Shown piece after piece: positions 19,507-31,400 of a stretch of DNA of 64,000 nt. The DNA lies in NCBI GenBank assembly GCA_000165345.1, contig CM000429.1, positions 416,001-480,000 of the forward strand, given 5' to 3'. Position 1 is the first letter of the stretch. Every line of letters starts with the position of its first letter. The translations under genes were made by a program, and so were the position numbers. The notes beneath the pieces were generated by a model. The model saw only the letters and a program-made list of their open reading frames with translations, searched no databases and had not been told where the DNA came from.

Positions 19507-20240
19507 ATGTGCGAAACAACGTTCATTGGGAGAGCTAGCGATGGCCTAATTCTTACTGAGACTTGGGATGATTTAAGCTCCAACAGATCTCTGCAGAGTT
19601 ATAAGCACCAAGCTAAACAAATATTAAAAAGCATCGGGAATGATCAAGGAGTAGAAAAATGTTCTATTGATAGTGGAAATTATGTCTTCCACTACATTGT
19701 AAATGATGGTATTATTTATATGACTTTATCGGGAAAGTCATACCCGAAGAAGTTGGCTTTTTCTTTTCTAGATGAAATAAAAAGGTTATTTATTGAAGAA
19801 CTAGGGAGAGAATTTGCAAATAGAGATGAATTCAAGAGCCTGATTGATGCAATAGATAAGCCGTATTATTTCATAAAGTTTGACCGAATAATTCAACGAT
19901 GCAAATCCGAATATAAGGACCCAAACTCGAACAAGTCGCTACAAAAACTAAATGACTCGCTAATTGAGGTATGTTTACTACTTGTTTTTAACCATAATGC
20001 TCAAAAAAATTAACAATTCAGGTAACTAATATAATGAGAAGAAATGTGGATGATATTTTACTGAGAGGTGAAAATCTTAATGATGTTGAAAGAAAAGCCA
20101 ATGATTTAAAATTTGCATCCCTGGAATTTTCTAGAGCTGCAAAAAAGCTTTCATTGCATGCATTAATTCAAAAATATGCACCAATATTGGCCTTATCGGC
20201 TATAGTTTTGATCATCATTATATGGAAGCTTATTTTATAA
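19507..20240 (+). CDS. SEC22: R-SNARE Sec22 (longin domain, SNARE motif and TM anchor). It has 2 exons, 19507..19968 and 20022..20240, separated by a 53-nt intron.
   Basis: Exon 1 is the longin fold (MCETTFIGRASDGLILTETWDD...YKHQAKQILKSI...NYVFHYIVNDGIIYMTLSGKSYPKKLAFSFLDEI). It ends at GAG|GTATGT (19969). The acceptor is TTCAG (AG 20020-20021). Exon 2 reads VTNIMRRNVDDILLRGENLNDVERKANDLKFASLEFSRAAKKL followed by the TM helix YAPILALSAIVLIIIIW. The spliced frame is continuous. Confidence 0.75.
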
Positions 20241-20281
20241 ATTCAAATTTCTAAATTGCGGAATAAAAAAAACTTTGAACA

Positions 20282-20290
20282 TTAGCGCCA
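20282..20290. promoter_or_regulatory. TTAGCGCCA motif about 145 bp upstream of the UPRT ATG.
   Basis: It belongs to the same TAGCGCC family and also resembles the E2F-like TGGCGCCA. Confidence 0.3.
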
Positions 20291-20433
20291 TAACTTTTTT
20301 TTTGAAAAAATTTTTGCAAGTATTACGTTTAAAAGTGCTTTATAAATTTTACTTAAAATCAATAGTAAACTCAATTGAGAGCTTTCAATCATTTAATTTA
20401 GTATATCTATTCTCTATATTTTTGGTTTAATCT

Positions 20434-21147
20434 ATGAATTTTATCGTATCCCCAACAGAACAAGAGCTTTACAGCGAGTTAAGTTCTAAATATCCGAGCC
20501 TGCACATTTGCACTCAAACACCACAACTAAAAGGAGTTATGACAATACTTAGAGATGCAAACACTTCAAAAGAAGACTTTGTGTTTTACACAGATAGAAT
20601 ATGTAGAATTGTTCTTGAACATGCTTTAAACCTTCTTCCTTATGATTATAAGGAAATTAAAACCCCAAATGGAATCGAAGTCAAGGGAATTGCATTTAAC
20701 ACTCCCATCTGCGGCGTGAGCCTAATAGGATCTGGTGAAGCGATGGAGAATGCGCTTAGATTTGTATGCAGAGGATGTAGAATAGGGAAGGTGTTATTAA
20801 ATAACTCTTCTGAAAACGAATTTGACAACGCTATTTCTGCAGCATATGTAAAATTACCCGAAGATGTCTCAGAAAGAGTTGTAATCGTAATGAGCCCAGT
20901 GTTAGGAACTGGTAATTCACTATGTTGTTTGATAGAAGTGCTGATAAAGAACAATGTAAAAGAGAAAAATATTATTTGTATGGCACTGCTTTCGTCAAAA
21001 TTAGCAATCGAACGAGTTTTCTCACAATTTCCAGAAATCAGACTTGTAATCTCCTCAATAGATTATAATCTTGATGAAAACATGCAGGTTGTTCCTGGAG
21101 TTGGTAACTTTGGCGATAGATACTTTGGAATTAAATGTAGCAAATAA
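20434..21147 (+). CDS. UPRT: Uracil phosphoribosyltransferase (UPRT) family protein, 237 aa. The PRPP-binding acidic motif is atypical.
   Basis: The ORF is colinear with UPRT: LRDANTSKEDFVFYTDRI, IGSGEAMENALRF (RAGxxM), VVIVMSPVLGTGNS (PRPP loop) and a C-terminal VVPGVGNFGDRYFG (PGLGDAGDRxFG). Ser154 (20893..20895) sits where the conserved Asp of the DPMLATGGS loop is expected. Confidence 0.8.
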   Translation: MNFIVSPTEQELYSELSSKYPSLHICTQTPQLKGVMTILRDANTSKEDFVFYTDRICRIVLEHALNLLPYDYKEIKTPNGIEVKGIAFNTPICGVSLIGSGEAMENALRFVCRGCRIGKVLLNNSSENEFDNAISAAYVKLPEDVSERVVIVMSPVLGTGNSLCCLIEVLIKNNVKEKNIICMALLSSKLAIERVFSQFPEIRLVISSIDYNLDENMQVVPGVGNFGDRYFGIKCSK

Positions 21148-21314
21148 CTTATAATTTTTGTTTAATTATTTGTAAACTCCCGCATACTATATGCATGCAA
21201 TCTATAACTAATTCCAAAATTAGTGAATAAAAATGATAGAAAAGACTATAAGCTCGAAATTGTGTTTATTACGTACTATAATATGCCAATCTTCTTATAT
21301 ATTGAAAAGTTATT

Positions 21315-22310
21315 ATGAATTTAATAAATAAACTTTACCGAATATATAAGAGAGAAAAAAAGGAGGACTTAAGAATAAGTGACAAAGAAGAGCCATTAAT
21401 AATATCAAAAACAAGAATGGCACTATTAGAACTAGAAATTAAAACTTTAGCTTACATTCTTTCTAGAGAATTAAAAACGAGTTCTCAAATTTCTAATCTA
21501 TCCGAAATCAAATGGGCAGAAATTACCACTGATGACTTGGATAGACTTGAATCCATCTTGTTTGAAAATGTCTACGAAATAGAAATTAACCCGATAGTTA
21601 AGTCATTAATCTCTATTTTGAGAGGACTATTAGATACACGTAACAAGTTTTTTAATGGCAAAGCGATGCCGTTCTATGTAAAATTAAAGAATGAGAATGT
21701 TCAAAGTACATTTATTTTAGAAGAAAGCGTTAATTTTCCATTTAGAAACGATAGATTAATCAAACAATGTGAAAATATAAACTCTAGTAATGCTACTCCA
21801 AAATCATATTTCTCTTCAAGAACCCCAAGAAACCTTCCAGACTTTAATCAAAAGGTAGAATTGCCAATTAAAAGTAGGTCGAACCATATAAATTTAATTT
21901 CTTCAACTCCAAGAAGTACTTCGTGTCAAACACCTAGGACAAAGAATCACATGAAACATACGAATTTAGATTATTCTACACCAAAATCCGAAATAAATAA
22001 AAAAAATTATTATATTTTTAGTGATTCAAATACCCCAAGAAGAAGCTCAAAAACTGGAATTTGTGGCAATTCGAAAATATCTAACAACCAGCAAGGAAGT
22101 ATAATGGCAGCAAAAGCGCTGCTTGGGTTAAGTGTTAATATACCTGCAACTGAGCAAGATATTAGAAAGGCATATTTGAAGGCAGCAATGAAGTGGCATC
22201 CTGATAAGATGAACTCAAGTACAAATGGGAAATCGCATATTTGTTTTACTGCAATTCAAAACGCAATGGAAATATTATTGCAAAATATTTCCAAAAATGG
22301 AGAGGTTTAA
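21315..22310 (+). CDS. DnaJ (J-domain) protein, 331 aa. The J domain is C-terminal, and the N-terminal two-thirds are S/T/P/N-rich.
   Basis: AKALLGLSVNIPATEQDIRKAYLKAAMKWHPDKMNSSTNGKSHICFTAIQNAMEILL gives the helix II-HPD-helix III signature of J domains. Confidence 0.7.
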   Translation: MNLINKLYRIYKREKKEDLRISDKEEPLIISKTRMALLELEIKTLAYILSRELKTSSQISNLSEIKWAEITTDDLDRLESILFENVYEIEINPIVKSLISILRGLLDTRNKFFNGKAMPFYVKLKNENVQSTFILEESVNFPFRNDRLIKQCENINSSNATPKSYFSSRTPRNLPDFNQKVELPIKSRSNHINLISSTPRSTSCQTPRTKNHMKHTNLDYSTPKSEINKKNYYIFSDSNTPRRSSKTGICGNSKISNNQQGSIMAAKALLGLSVNIPATEQDIRKAYLKAAMKWHPDKMNSSTNGKSHICFTAIQNAMEILLQNISKNGEV

Positions 22311-22387
22311 AATTTCAGTAATTTGGTACAAACCATTTTTGAAAAAAGTTTATTGGCCATCTGAAAAATAATTAATGCAAATCAAGT

Positions 22388-22414
22388 GGCGGGAATTTTC
22401 AAATTTGTCCCCGC
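22388..22414. promoter_or_regulatory. E2F-like GGCGGGAA box with a partial inverted copy (TCCCCGC), about 90 bp upstream of the giant HECT ligase ATG.
   Basis: GTGGCGGGAATTTTCAAATTTGTCCCCGCAT spans the two boxes. GGCGGGAA is at 22388..22395 and TCCCCGC at 22408..22414, in a sequence that is otherwise about 30% GC. Confidence 0.4.
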
Positions 22415-22482
22415 ATTACATAATTGCATGTAATAACTGTCCATATGGAAGACTTAGATTAAAAAGATTTATTTAATTTCAG

Positions 22483-25400
22483 ATGGGAAATAATATTGAT
22501 TTAATTACTTATGAACAATCAAATTATGAAGTTAATGAGTTAGATAAGCTGTATTTGCAACTAGGAAATTATATTGGAAGAAAGGATGAAAATATTTATA
22601 TAAGAGAATTATTAAAGTACTTCTTACAAAATTATTATGACTTAAATCCTAATATAATTGAAGATTGGTGGAAGAGGCGCGAACAGCTATTCCTGAGTGT
22701 TGATGAACTAATTTGGAGTAACCCAAAAATGTTTGATGATTCACTTTGTGAACTAAATTTTGCAACTGAAGAAATGAAAACTTTGACAATGACGTCAAAT
22801 ACGAAAAATAAAATTTCCAAATACTTAGAAAAATTAAATTGTATTATTAATGATGAATTTTCAATTGTAGGCAGTTTTAATTGGGAAGAATATATTGGTA
22901 TTAGATTACAATGTTATGTTAACTTGATGATTACATTGAGAAGGCTTCAACTGAAATTATTGGATTATGATAAAAATAATTATTTTGGACTAAATAAACT
23001 ACTATTTAAGACCAATCAATCCAGTGAAGATATTTTTTTTCTTATAAATAAGGTTTTTAATGAAAATTTTGTAAATTTGGAAACTTATACAAAAATTAAT
23101 CAAGTATTTTTGAAACAAAAATTAACAAATAACTTTAAACGGGAAAAATTAAATTTTATACCTGAAGATGAAATTTTGAACCATTTTATGAATTTTACAA
23201 TTCCTAAATCATTAGATGAAATATATAAAAAAAATACTTCAAGTTCCGAAATTGTACTTCTCGTTAGATGTGTTCTTGGATATATTTGGAGCTATTATAA
23301 AGTCATTTTTTTATCAAATGAGTCAGTTCAGAACCAAATTTTTCTTAATGTTGACAATTTATTTCCAAAGGAAATAATTACAGGTACTACAGATAAAAAC
23401 GCTATGTTATGTTTAAGTGAAGTAATAAAAACGCTGTTAATAAATATAATATTCAACTCAATGATTAGTGAATCCAACGAAAACTTGTGTTTACTAGAAG
23501 ATTTAATTAAACTAGTCCTACAGCTTGGAAACAATATTTTATTATCAGTTTGTGAAAATAAAAGCTCAATGAACAAATGCTTTGTTTTTGGAAGTAATAA
23601 AGTAACCAATTCTGATCTCGAAAACAAAAGCTTATTAATGAAAATGCTTGAGAACATGTTTTCTGAAGATGGATTTTTTGTTAGTATAGTTAAAATTTGT
23701 TTGATCGCTATTTCAATATTAACCACAGGAGTTAATCATTTTCTAGCAAAAAATGGGCAGAAAGAGTCAAATGCTAATCAAAACTTAAGTGAAAATTACA
23801 AAAACAATGTAAAAAATTCGCAAAAGTGTAGCTATTTCTCAAATGATATATGTATTATTACAATAATTATGAGATTGGTCAGTGAATGCAAATATTTAAT
23901 GCAACGATTGTGGAATTTATATATGTTTCTATCAAATGAAGTGAATTGTTGCAATTCACCTGATTTAATTAAGGAAGAAATATATTGTTACGGGCCCATG
24001 CAATTTCATTCTTCTCCAAGAAATACCTTTATTGTTGAATTCCATGAAAAACATTCAATCGGCACTATTAATGATTCGCAAAATAAATTAAATAAGAAAT
24101 TTGAATTGGAAGTTCTGGAAAAACATAAATATTATTGGAAGCTTATACGGGTTCAAAATGCTTCTCATATAATTATATTATTTGATAGCAACTGCTCTAC
24201 AGAAAAGAATACGGATATTTTAGAAATTTTTTGGTCACGGGAAAATTATTCAAGTGATAGAATCAATAAAAATTTTAATGATTTAAGATCTCAATATAAT
24301 GAATCTTTATTTGGAAAGCTTTCTGGACCTAAACACTTGTGGCCAAAAAAGCCTACTATTTATGAAGGAAATACGCTATTAGTTGTTTTTCGCACGTCAA
24401 TTGAATCTTTAGATCAAATTAGTGATGATAAGTGGGGATTCAGAATTTATTTCCAATGCCATTATTGGGATCAAGTGATTGAAAATAAAATAAGCCATAA
24501 AATATCTGATAATAAAACAGAATTCAAGCATAGAGAAATATTGCTATATAATCTAAAAGAAGTATTTATTTTTTCTGCTGTTGCTGTTTCATCAAGCTTA
24601 AGTTTTATGTTACGTGGTCCAAACATTAAAAGAATCGAAAGAAACTTCAACGAAATTTTGGATTCTCTACTTTTTGCTGGTGGGTTAGATATAAATTATG
24701 AAAAAGAGTTTCCACATTTTTCCAACTTGAAAAAAAGTGATTTAGTACCTTTTAATACGGGAAATAAAAATTTGGTTACTTTTGCTGACTTCAATTCTCA
24801 TTCAATGGCACTGATCGATTCTAAAAATAGTATGCATGGTTCTTTGCTGAAAAATGGAATAACTCTAGACAAAAAAGTTAATAATGATCTATTTTACAGA
24901 TTTTTACCTAATATTGATGAAATTAAAGACCAAATTATTAATAATTTGCACTGGGGATTCATAGTTAACTTTGTTTTAAGTCTTTCATCTATTATCCACT
25001 ACAATGCAAAAAAAAATCATTTTAATTTATCAATTGAATTAATGAATGACAAAACATTTATGAAAATTGTAAAAAATGATTCAATAACTGCAAGATTTGG
25101 CAGCGAAAAACTTTCAATGGTGGTTAGATCTTATATATCCTGTTATTTGCATCATCTGGGACTTTATTACAATATTTTTCAGCTATGTGAGAGCCTATTT
25201 AATTTTGGTCTTGGTCTAGAGAGAATAATTCAATTGGCTTGGGAATTTTATTCAAATAATAACTTAGAACACATTTATAACGATTTTTTATTTGAATTTA
25301 TAATAAAATTCATACTAAAACAAGAATCTTGCCAACCTCTTTTAAATGTTTGGACACTGGGAAGAAAATTTAGATCTTGGATAATTATGGAAAAACATAA

Positions 25401-28400
25401 AATTGAGATTAATCAGCCAGAAGAAAAAATAATATACGAATCTAGAAACAGTATTGAAACAGATTTTGACGGTTTACTTAAATCTATTATTTGTAATACA
25501 TCTTTAATTCTAAATTTGGTACCTTTTTCTGGAAGTAAGCATGCTTCAATTTACTCTAAAAATGATTTAAATAGGAGCGAAAACTTTATGGATAATCTTT
25601 ACGAAGATGCATCTAATAATTATGATATTGGTGGATCCAAATATGTATTTTATCCAAATAGAAATATATGTTTGGTTTTAGAATCGATAATTGGTTTTAA
25701 TAAGTATGAGTTATTATTGAATAAATGCTATACAGAAAAATCAAAATCGTTAGTGAATTTTGAAAGTAATAAAGATTCAGTTATTGATACCAAATCAAGT
25801 TTCTTAGATTATAATGAATTGGAAAAATTAAATAACAGTCAAGTAATCAGAGAAATCTGTGATGGAATTGAAAATTTAATTAAATCAGCAAACTACTTTG
25901 GAAAAATGAAATATAATGAATCTGAAGAAAGCTTTTTTGGAATGGATACCGTCCTTTGCATTAGGAGATTTCGTGCAATTTCACGCTTTGAAGCATTTAG
26001 AATACTCTCTACTTTGTTTAACGATGAGAATATTAATGAATTTCTTCTCACCTCATTAATTAAAAGCATAAGATCCATGGGTGAGGAGACACTATGTTTT
26101 TCACCAATAAATAATTACAACGAAACTGGAATATTGGAGTCTCATACGCATAATTATCTTTATTTCTCAAGTGAATATTATAAAAAAGATGAAAATCATC
26201 GTACTTTGGAAGTTCATTACTCAGATAACTTGGTTGGATGCGGCAAAAAAGTACAGAAACAGGTTAAGGATGCGTATTTTAAATTGTTACATTCATTAAT
26301 AAATGGTAAAGCAGTAGCTTCAAAAGGAGCTGAGATTTTAAAAATGAGTTTGTTCGCTTATTTTGCATTGAAAAAGGCCGAGAGTTATGATTTTTTAAAA
26401 ACTGGCTTTCCTGATAGAATTCTATACTTAATGACTGGTTGTAACAAGAGCTGTGAATTAGGAAATGAATGCATACCATCAGTTTCACTTGGCCCCTATC
26501 CAGTATTCCTGGTCTATTCAATTATATGTTTAAAATGTTCCCTGCAAGAAAACTCAGCAATTAAGCTATCTTTAATATTTTCTTCATTTGTAGGGCTTTC
26601 TCACTCCATTTCAATATCTGGTGAATTTAAAGGGCAATTGACGTCAAGAGAACTTTGGAGAATTAGCGAGATTTACTTCATGGGAAAAATATTAATTCTC
26701 ACATCAAAAATGACCAATTTTTTGAAAAAAATTGAAATTTCAAAAACAGAACAAAAAATATATTTGGAATATTTTAAATATATTTTTAATAGAAGACATA
26801 ATATTAACTCTTCAATTAAATCTCCCGAATTGATTGATGATTTGTTTGTAAAATTTTTTTATATTAAACCAAGTATTCTTTCTAATATTATTTGCAGAGC
26901 TTTAGATTCAAGTAACCAAATACTACACTTTTACTGTATCAAATTTTTATGGAAATTTCTTCCATTAACTTCGACAAAGGATTTCTTAGAACAATACTCT
27001 CGGAGGTTAATTCCAAATAATTACTTAATAAAGTCTAAAACTCTTGAAAAATTAAACTATATCGATTGCTTTGAAGGCTATTTAGAAAAAATAGGCCAAT
27101 CATTGGTTTTATTTAACAGTTTTGAAGAAGAATCCAAGATTCATCCTCCAGCAGTATTGGTTAATTCTTTAGAAACTGGACTCTTATATTCGTTCAATGA
27201 TCAATTGGGATCTTTATTAGATAATAATAACAGATTTATAAATAATAATGATGACTTTTATAAAAATATAATATTTTTGTTAAGGTTAATTGCATTGTAT
27301 TCAGAAAAGAATGAACAGAAATATAATGAAGTCAGCTTTAAAAAAATAGATCTAGAGCTAATACATATGGGATTTGTCCAATTATTATCCGAACAGATAT
27401 ATAAAATTCCAACTTTGCTTGATTCACTATTAAATCTCGACGAACATTTAAAACTCGAAGAAGTTTATAGATGTATTGGAATGCTTGCTGTAATAATAGA
27501 TGATTATGATTTTGAAACTCATGTTGGAAAACTGATCCATTTTCAAGAAAATCAATTAATTGAAAGTAAGAATGAAATCAGTAAAATGGGGATATTGATT
27601 TCTAATAATCCACTTAAAAAAGAATACTCCATTTTAATTAATGATTTCAAGTCTATTGAAGTAAAGAAATTCTCTTATAACTCTATAAATATATTGAATA
27701 AAACTAATATATCTTTCCCTATGAAATTTATTATTTCTAAATTAAATTTTGATATAATAAAAATAATAACTAGTATATTGAAAATTTCATTTCAATATTT
27801 ATCCAGTTTATCTACAAATATTGATAATTTGGAAAAGTATTTTTCGATAAAAATTATGGAATATGGTGCAACAATTTCAAATTTGGAGAAAAAAAAGCTA
27901 GTTGCTTTACAAATTATTTCGATGAGTTTGAGTTTTATTAATATGTTGATTGACAATGGGTACATTTCTACATTAAACCTCAGCAATGATCGGAATGTAA
28001 ATCAATTAATTGAACTAATAAATGCAATAACTAAGATTGGAATTGTAAATTTGCCGTCTATAAATGAAAAAGATGGAATATCAAGCAATATTTCAATAAT
28101 TTTAAGTAGAAGATTTATTCAACGAACTCTTCAAAAGAATCAATTTTCTAGTTCAGGTTACTACCCAATATTTAAAAAGTCTACTCAAGCGGATTTACTC
28201 AAAAATTCGCCTTATACAAATATTATGCTAACACTTCCAACAAAATGGGAAATTAAGAACCAATGTTTTTATTTTAAAAACAAAAATACAATAATTTTTA
28301 ATATCAATCATCACTTGTTTCAAGATAAAGGAAATTCAACAATGTTTACTGCAAATTGTTATATTCCAACGTTACTTTCCTTTTACTATTTTGAAATTAA

Positions 28401-31400
28401 TTTCTCATTTAGTGATGAAATGCCAAGGCACAACGAACTGAAGACAAATTTTTGTTTTTTGAGTGAATTGGATCTTGCATTCTGTGTTTGTATAGGGTTA
28501 TATAGAGATGGCTGCCAAAAAGGAATTTCGGGTTCATTCGGCAGTTATGCATATAAAAACACAGGAAAACTTGTGCATGGTTGCGATGAGAAAGAATTTA
28601 GTGAACAAAAAGTCGAAAATTTCTGTATTGGAGATACTGTTGGCTGTGGGATTGATTTCACAAATAAAGTTGTATTTTTTACAAAGAATGGTAGGATAAT
28701 TCGTTATCAAAGTAGTCAGTATACTTTTATGCAAGAATCTCTGTGCAAAAAAAAGAGTGATTACCCGAAATTTAACAATGTAATGGGTCATTTCAAGCCT
28801 GCTATTTGGATTGAAAGGTCTAAATATGATTTTGATACAAACAAATATTTGATTGTTAATGCAAATTTTGGTCAAGAATTGTTTAAATATAAATATATTA
28901 ACAAACTCAATTCCAATAACATACTTTCTTTAGAAAATGAAGAATTATCAATTTTCAGAAATAATAGTGAACAATTAACTTTTAATAACTTTCTATGTAA
29001 TAACTATAGTGAATTGAGCAAAGCGGAATTAAATAGAAGAACTTTGGCTTTTGAGTTACATGAAATAATTAATAACGATAATTTTCCATTATCTGTATGT
29101 ATTCATGCATTAGAAAACTGCAAAGATAATTTAGAATTAGCAGCTAATTGGCTATTAGAGAAAAATTTTCAAAATTCAAGTTCAACATCAATACCAAGTG
29201 AATTTCATTTTTCTTCAGATTCAACAAATAGTGGGATAAAAACATGTTCTGATGGAACAAAATGTAATAAAGTAATTTATTCTGAAAAAGAGTATTTAAT
29301 CGACAAATTAATTAGTTCAAAAAACAAAAGCACTGAATATCATTCTAGCAAATATTTTGAGTTAATTAATACTTTTATATTTAATAAGTATAATCAAGAA
29401 TTAAACTTTATCAAAGATAATTACTTTGAAATATCAAAATACTTTCTCATTTTTGGCTCATTTGGAGAAAATCCCCTTCATAGAATTGAGAACTACGTTT
29501 TAACCAATTATTCTCAAAACGTTAATATTCAAAATTATTTATCAGGCGATATTTGGTTTAATTCACAATTTGATTTTCAAGGATATGACAGAAAAAATCT
29601 GCCGAGTGAATTTGTAGAGCAACAAATATCAAATTTAACATTACAACTATTACATAAAAGAAATTCATTTACAGGAGCATCTTTTTCCCAGAAAACAAAA
29701 AAAAACTCTTTCTTACCTGGAACAATAGTTGAAATTGCACAAAATTTTAAATACTGGATATGTGGTGTTGAAGAAAACGATTGTTTTGCTTCAGAAATTA
29801 TCTCAATGAAAAGTATGGGCACTATTATTGATTTAAACAACTCACCCAAATGTAGAATTATTTATTTCTTAAGAAAGCTTTCAAAATTTACAGGGGTTGT
29901 TTGGTCGTGTAGTCAAATTACAAACTCAACATTAGTACAATTTTTTGATTATTACTCGCTTGTTTATTATTTAGTAAATTTACCATCTAATTTTTTAATT
30001 GAAACATCGACTAATATTGGACTTAGCAATGAAAGGGTTACATACAATAAAGGAACAAAGCTTAAGGCATTCCAGGATTACATCGAAAACATTTTTTCAT
30101 CTAACATTCATAACGAAAATGGAAGGACATTTTTTTATGGTAGATTACCACAAGTATTTCACTTATACTTTAAGTTTGAGCTGATTAAATGTATACAATC
30201 AACTAGAGAAGCTATATCAAAGAATTTAAATAAAGTTCATAAGTACTTGTTTGGTCAAAGCAATCATAAGCGTTTAAATTCTCTTGAAAATATTCTCCAA
30301 ATATTTAAATTAGTCTTTGGAAGTAAATGCCCTAAAATTTCTGATTATTTTGTACCCATGTATACGAAGGAAAGATTATTTTCTATATATTATACAAATT
30401 TATTAAATCAAGAAAATATGATTGGCTATACTCGGTTTCTAGAGGAATTTCCAAAGAAAGAGACAATCAAATTTACTGATATTATACTTAGGGAATATAT
30501 TTCAACAATTAAAGCTGGAATTTATTCTGAAATTCCAATTATAAAGATTGAAACTACTCATCCATGTGAATGTTTGATTGACAAAAAATACGATATTTCA
30601 TTTAAGGACTGTGACTATTTTTTTGCGATATTTGATCCGCTTTGCGAAATTAGCTCTGACAATTTGTCGTTTTTTAAAATTACTTTCAATGATTGCTTAG
30701 ACGGGAAAAAAATCACATTATTAAAAGCGACAGGAAGAGGCTTAAGTGGATGTAAACTAGTCATACCAACAAATTTATTTACTATTTACTTGGTAACATC
30801 TTCTCAAAATAACAATAAATATGGTATTAAAGCTTGTTTTATTCCAATGAGATATTCAATAAGCGATTACAAATTAATGGAAAACAAAAATATTCATTTT
30901 TCCTATATATTATTGGATTTAATTCTTAAAAACGTTGGAAATAATATTGATATAACTCATATAAAAAAAATTGTTGAAATATTACTTTTTGTATTGTTTG
31001 AAATACACATTCCCAAACAAATTTACTCATGCAAGCAAATATCCAACAAGAATATCTCATCATTTAGTTCAAAAGAAGAAAAAGTCATTCCGATACAAAA
31101 CTCATTCATTCATATAGTTCAACAATTGATTAATATTTTTATTAAATACCCAGAAGTTATATGTAATATTTCCCAAAAGAGCATTGTTATTTTAGATTAC
31201 TTAAACACATTCTTTAATATTGTTTATCTAATTCAAATGGACCAATTACAAATTGTGACAAACCATGGGAGAAATGTTAATATTAAATATTGCATTATGT
31301 TACAACTGCATTATTTGTTATTTTTTTATAAAAATAATAAAATGGATTTTTTAATAAATAATAAATATTCCCGAGAGTCTAATTTTGGTAAGCTATCAAA

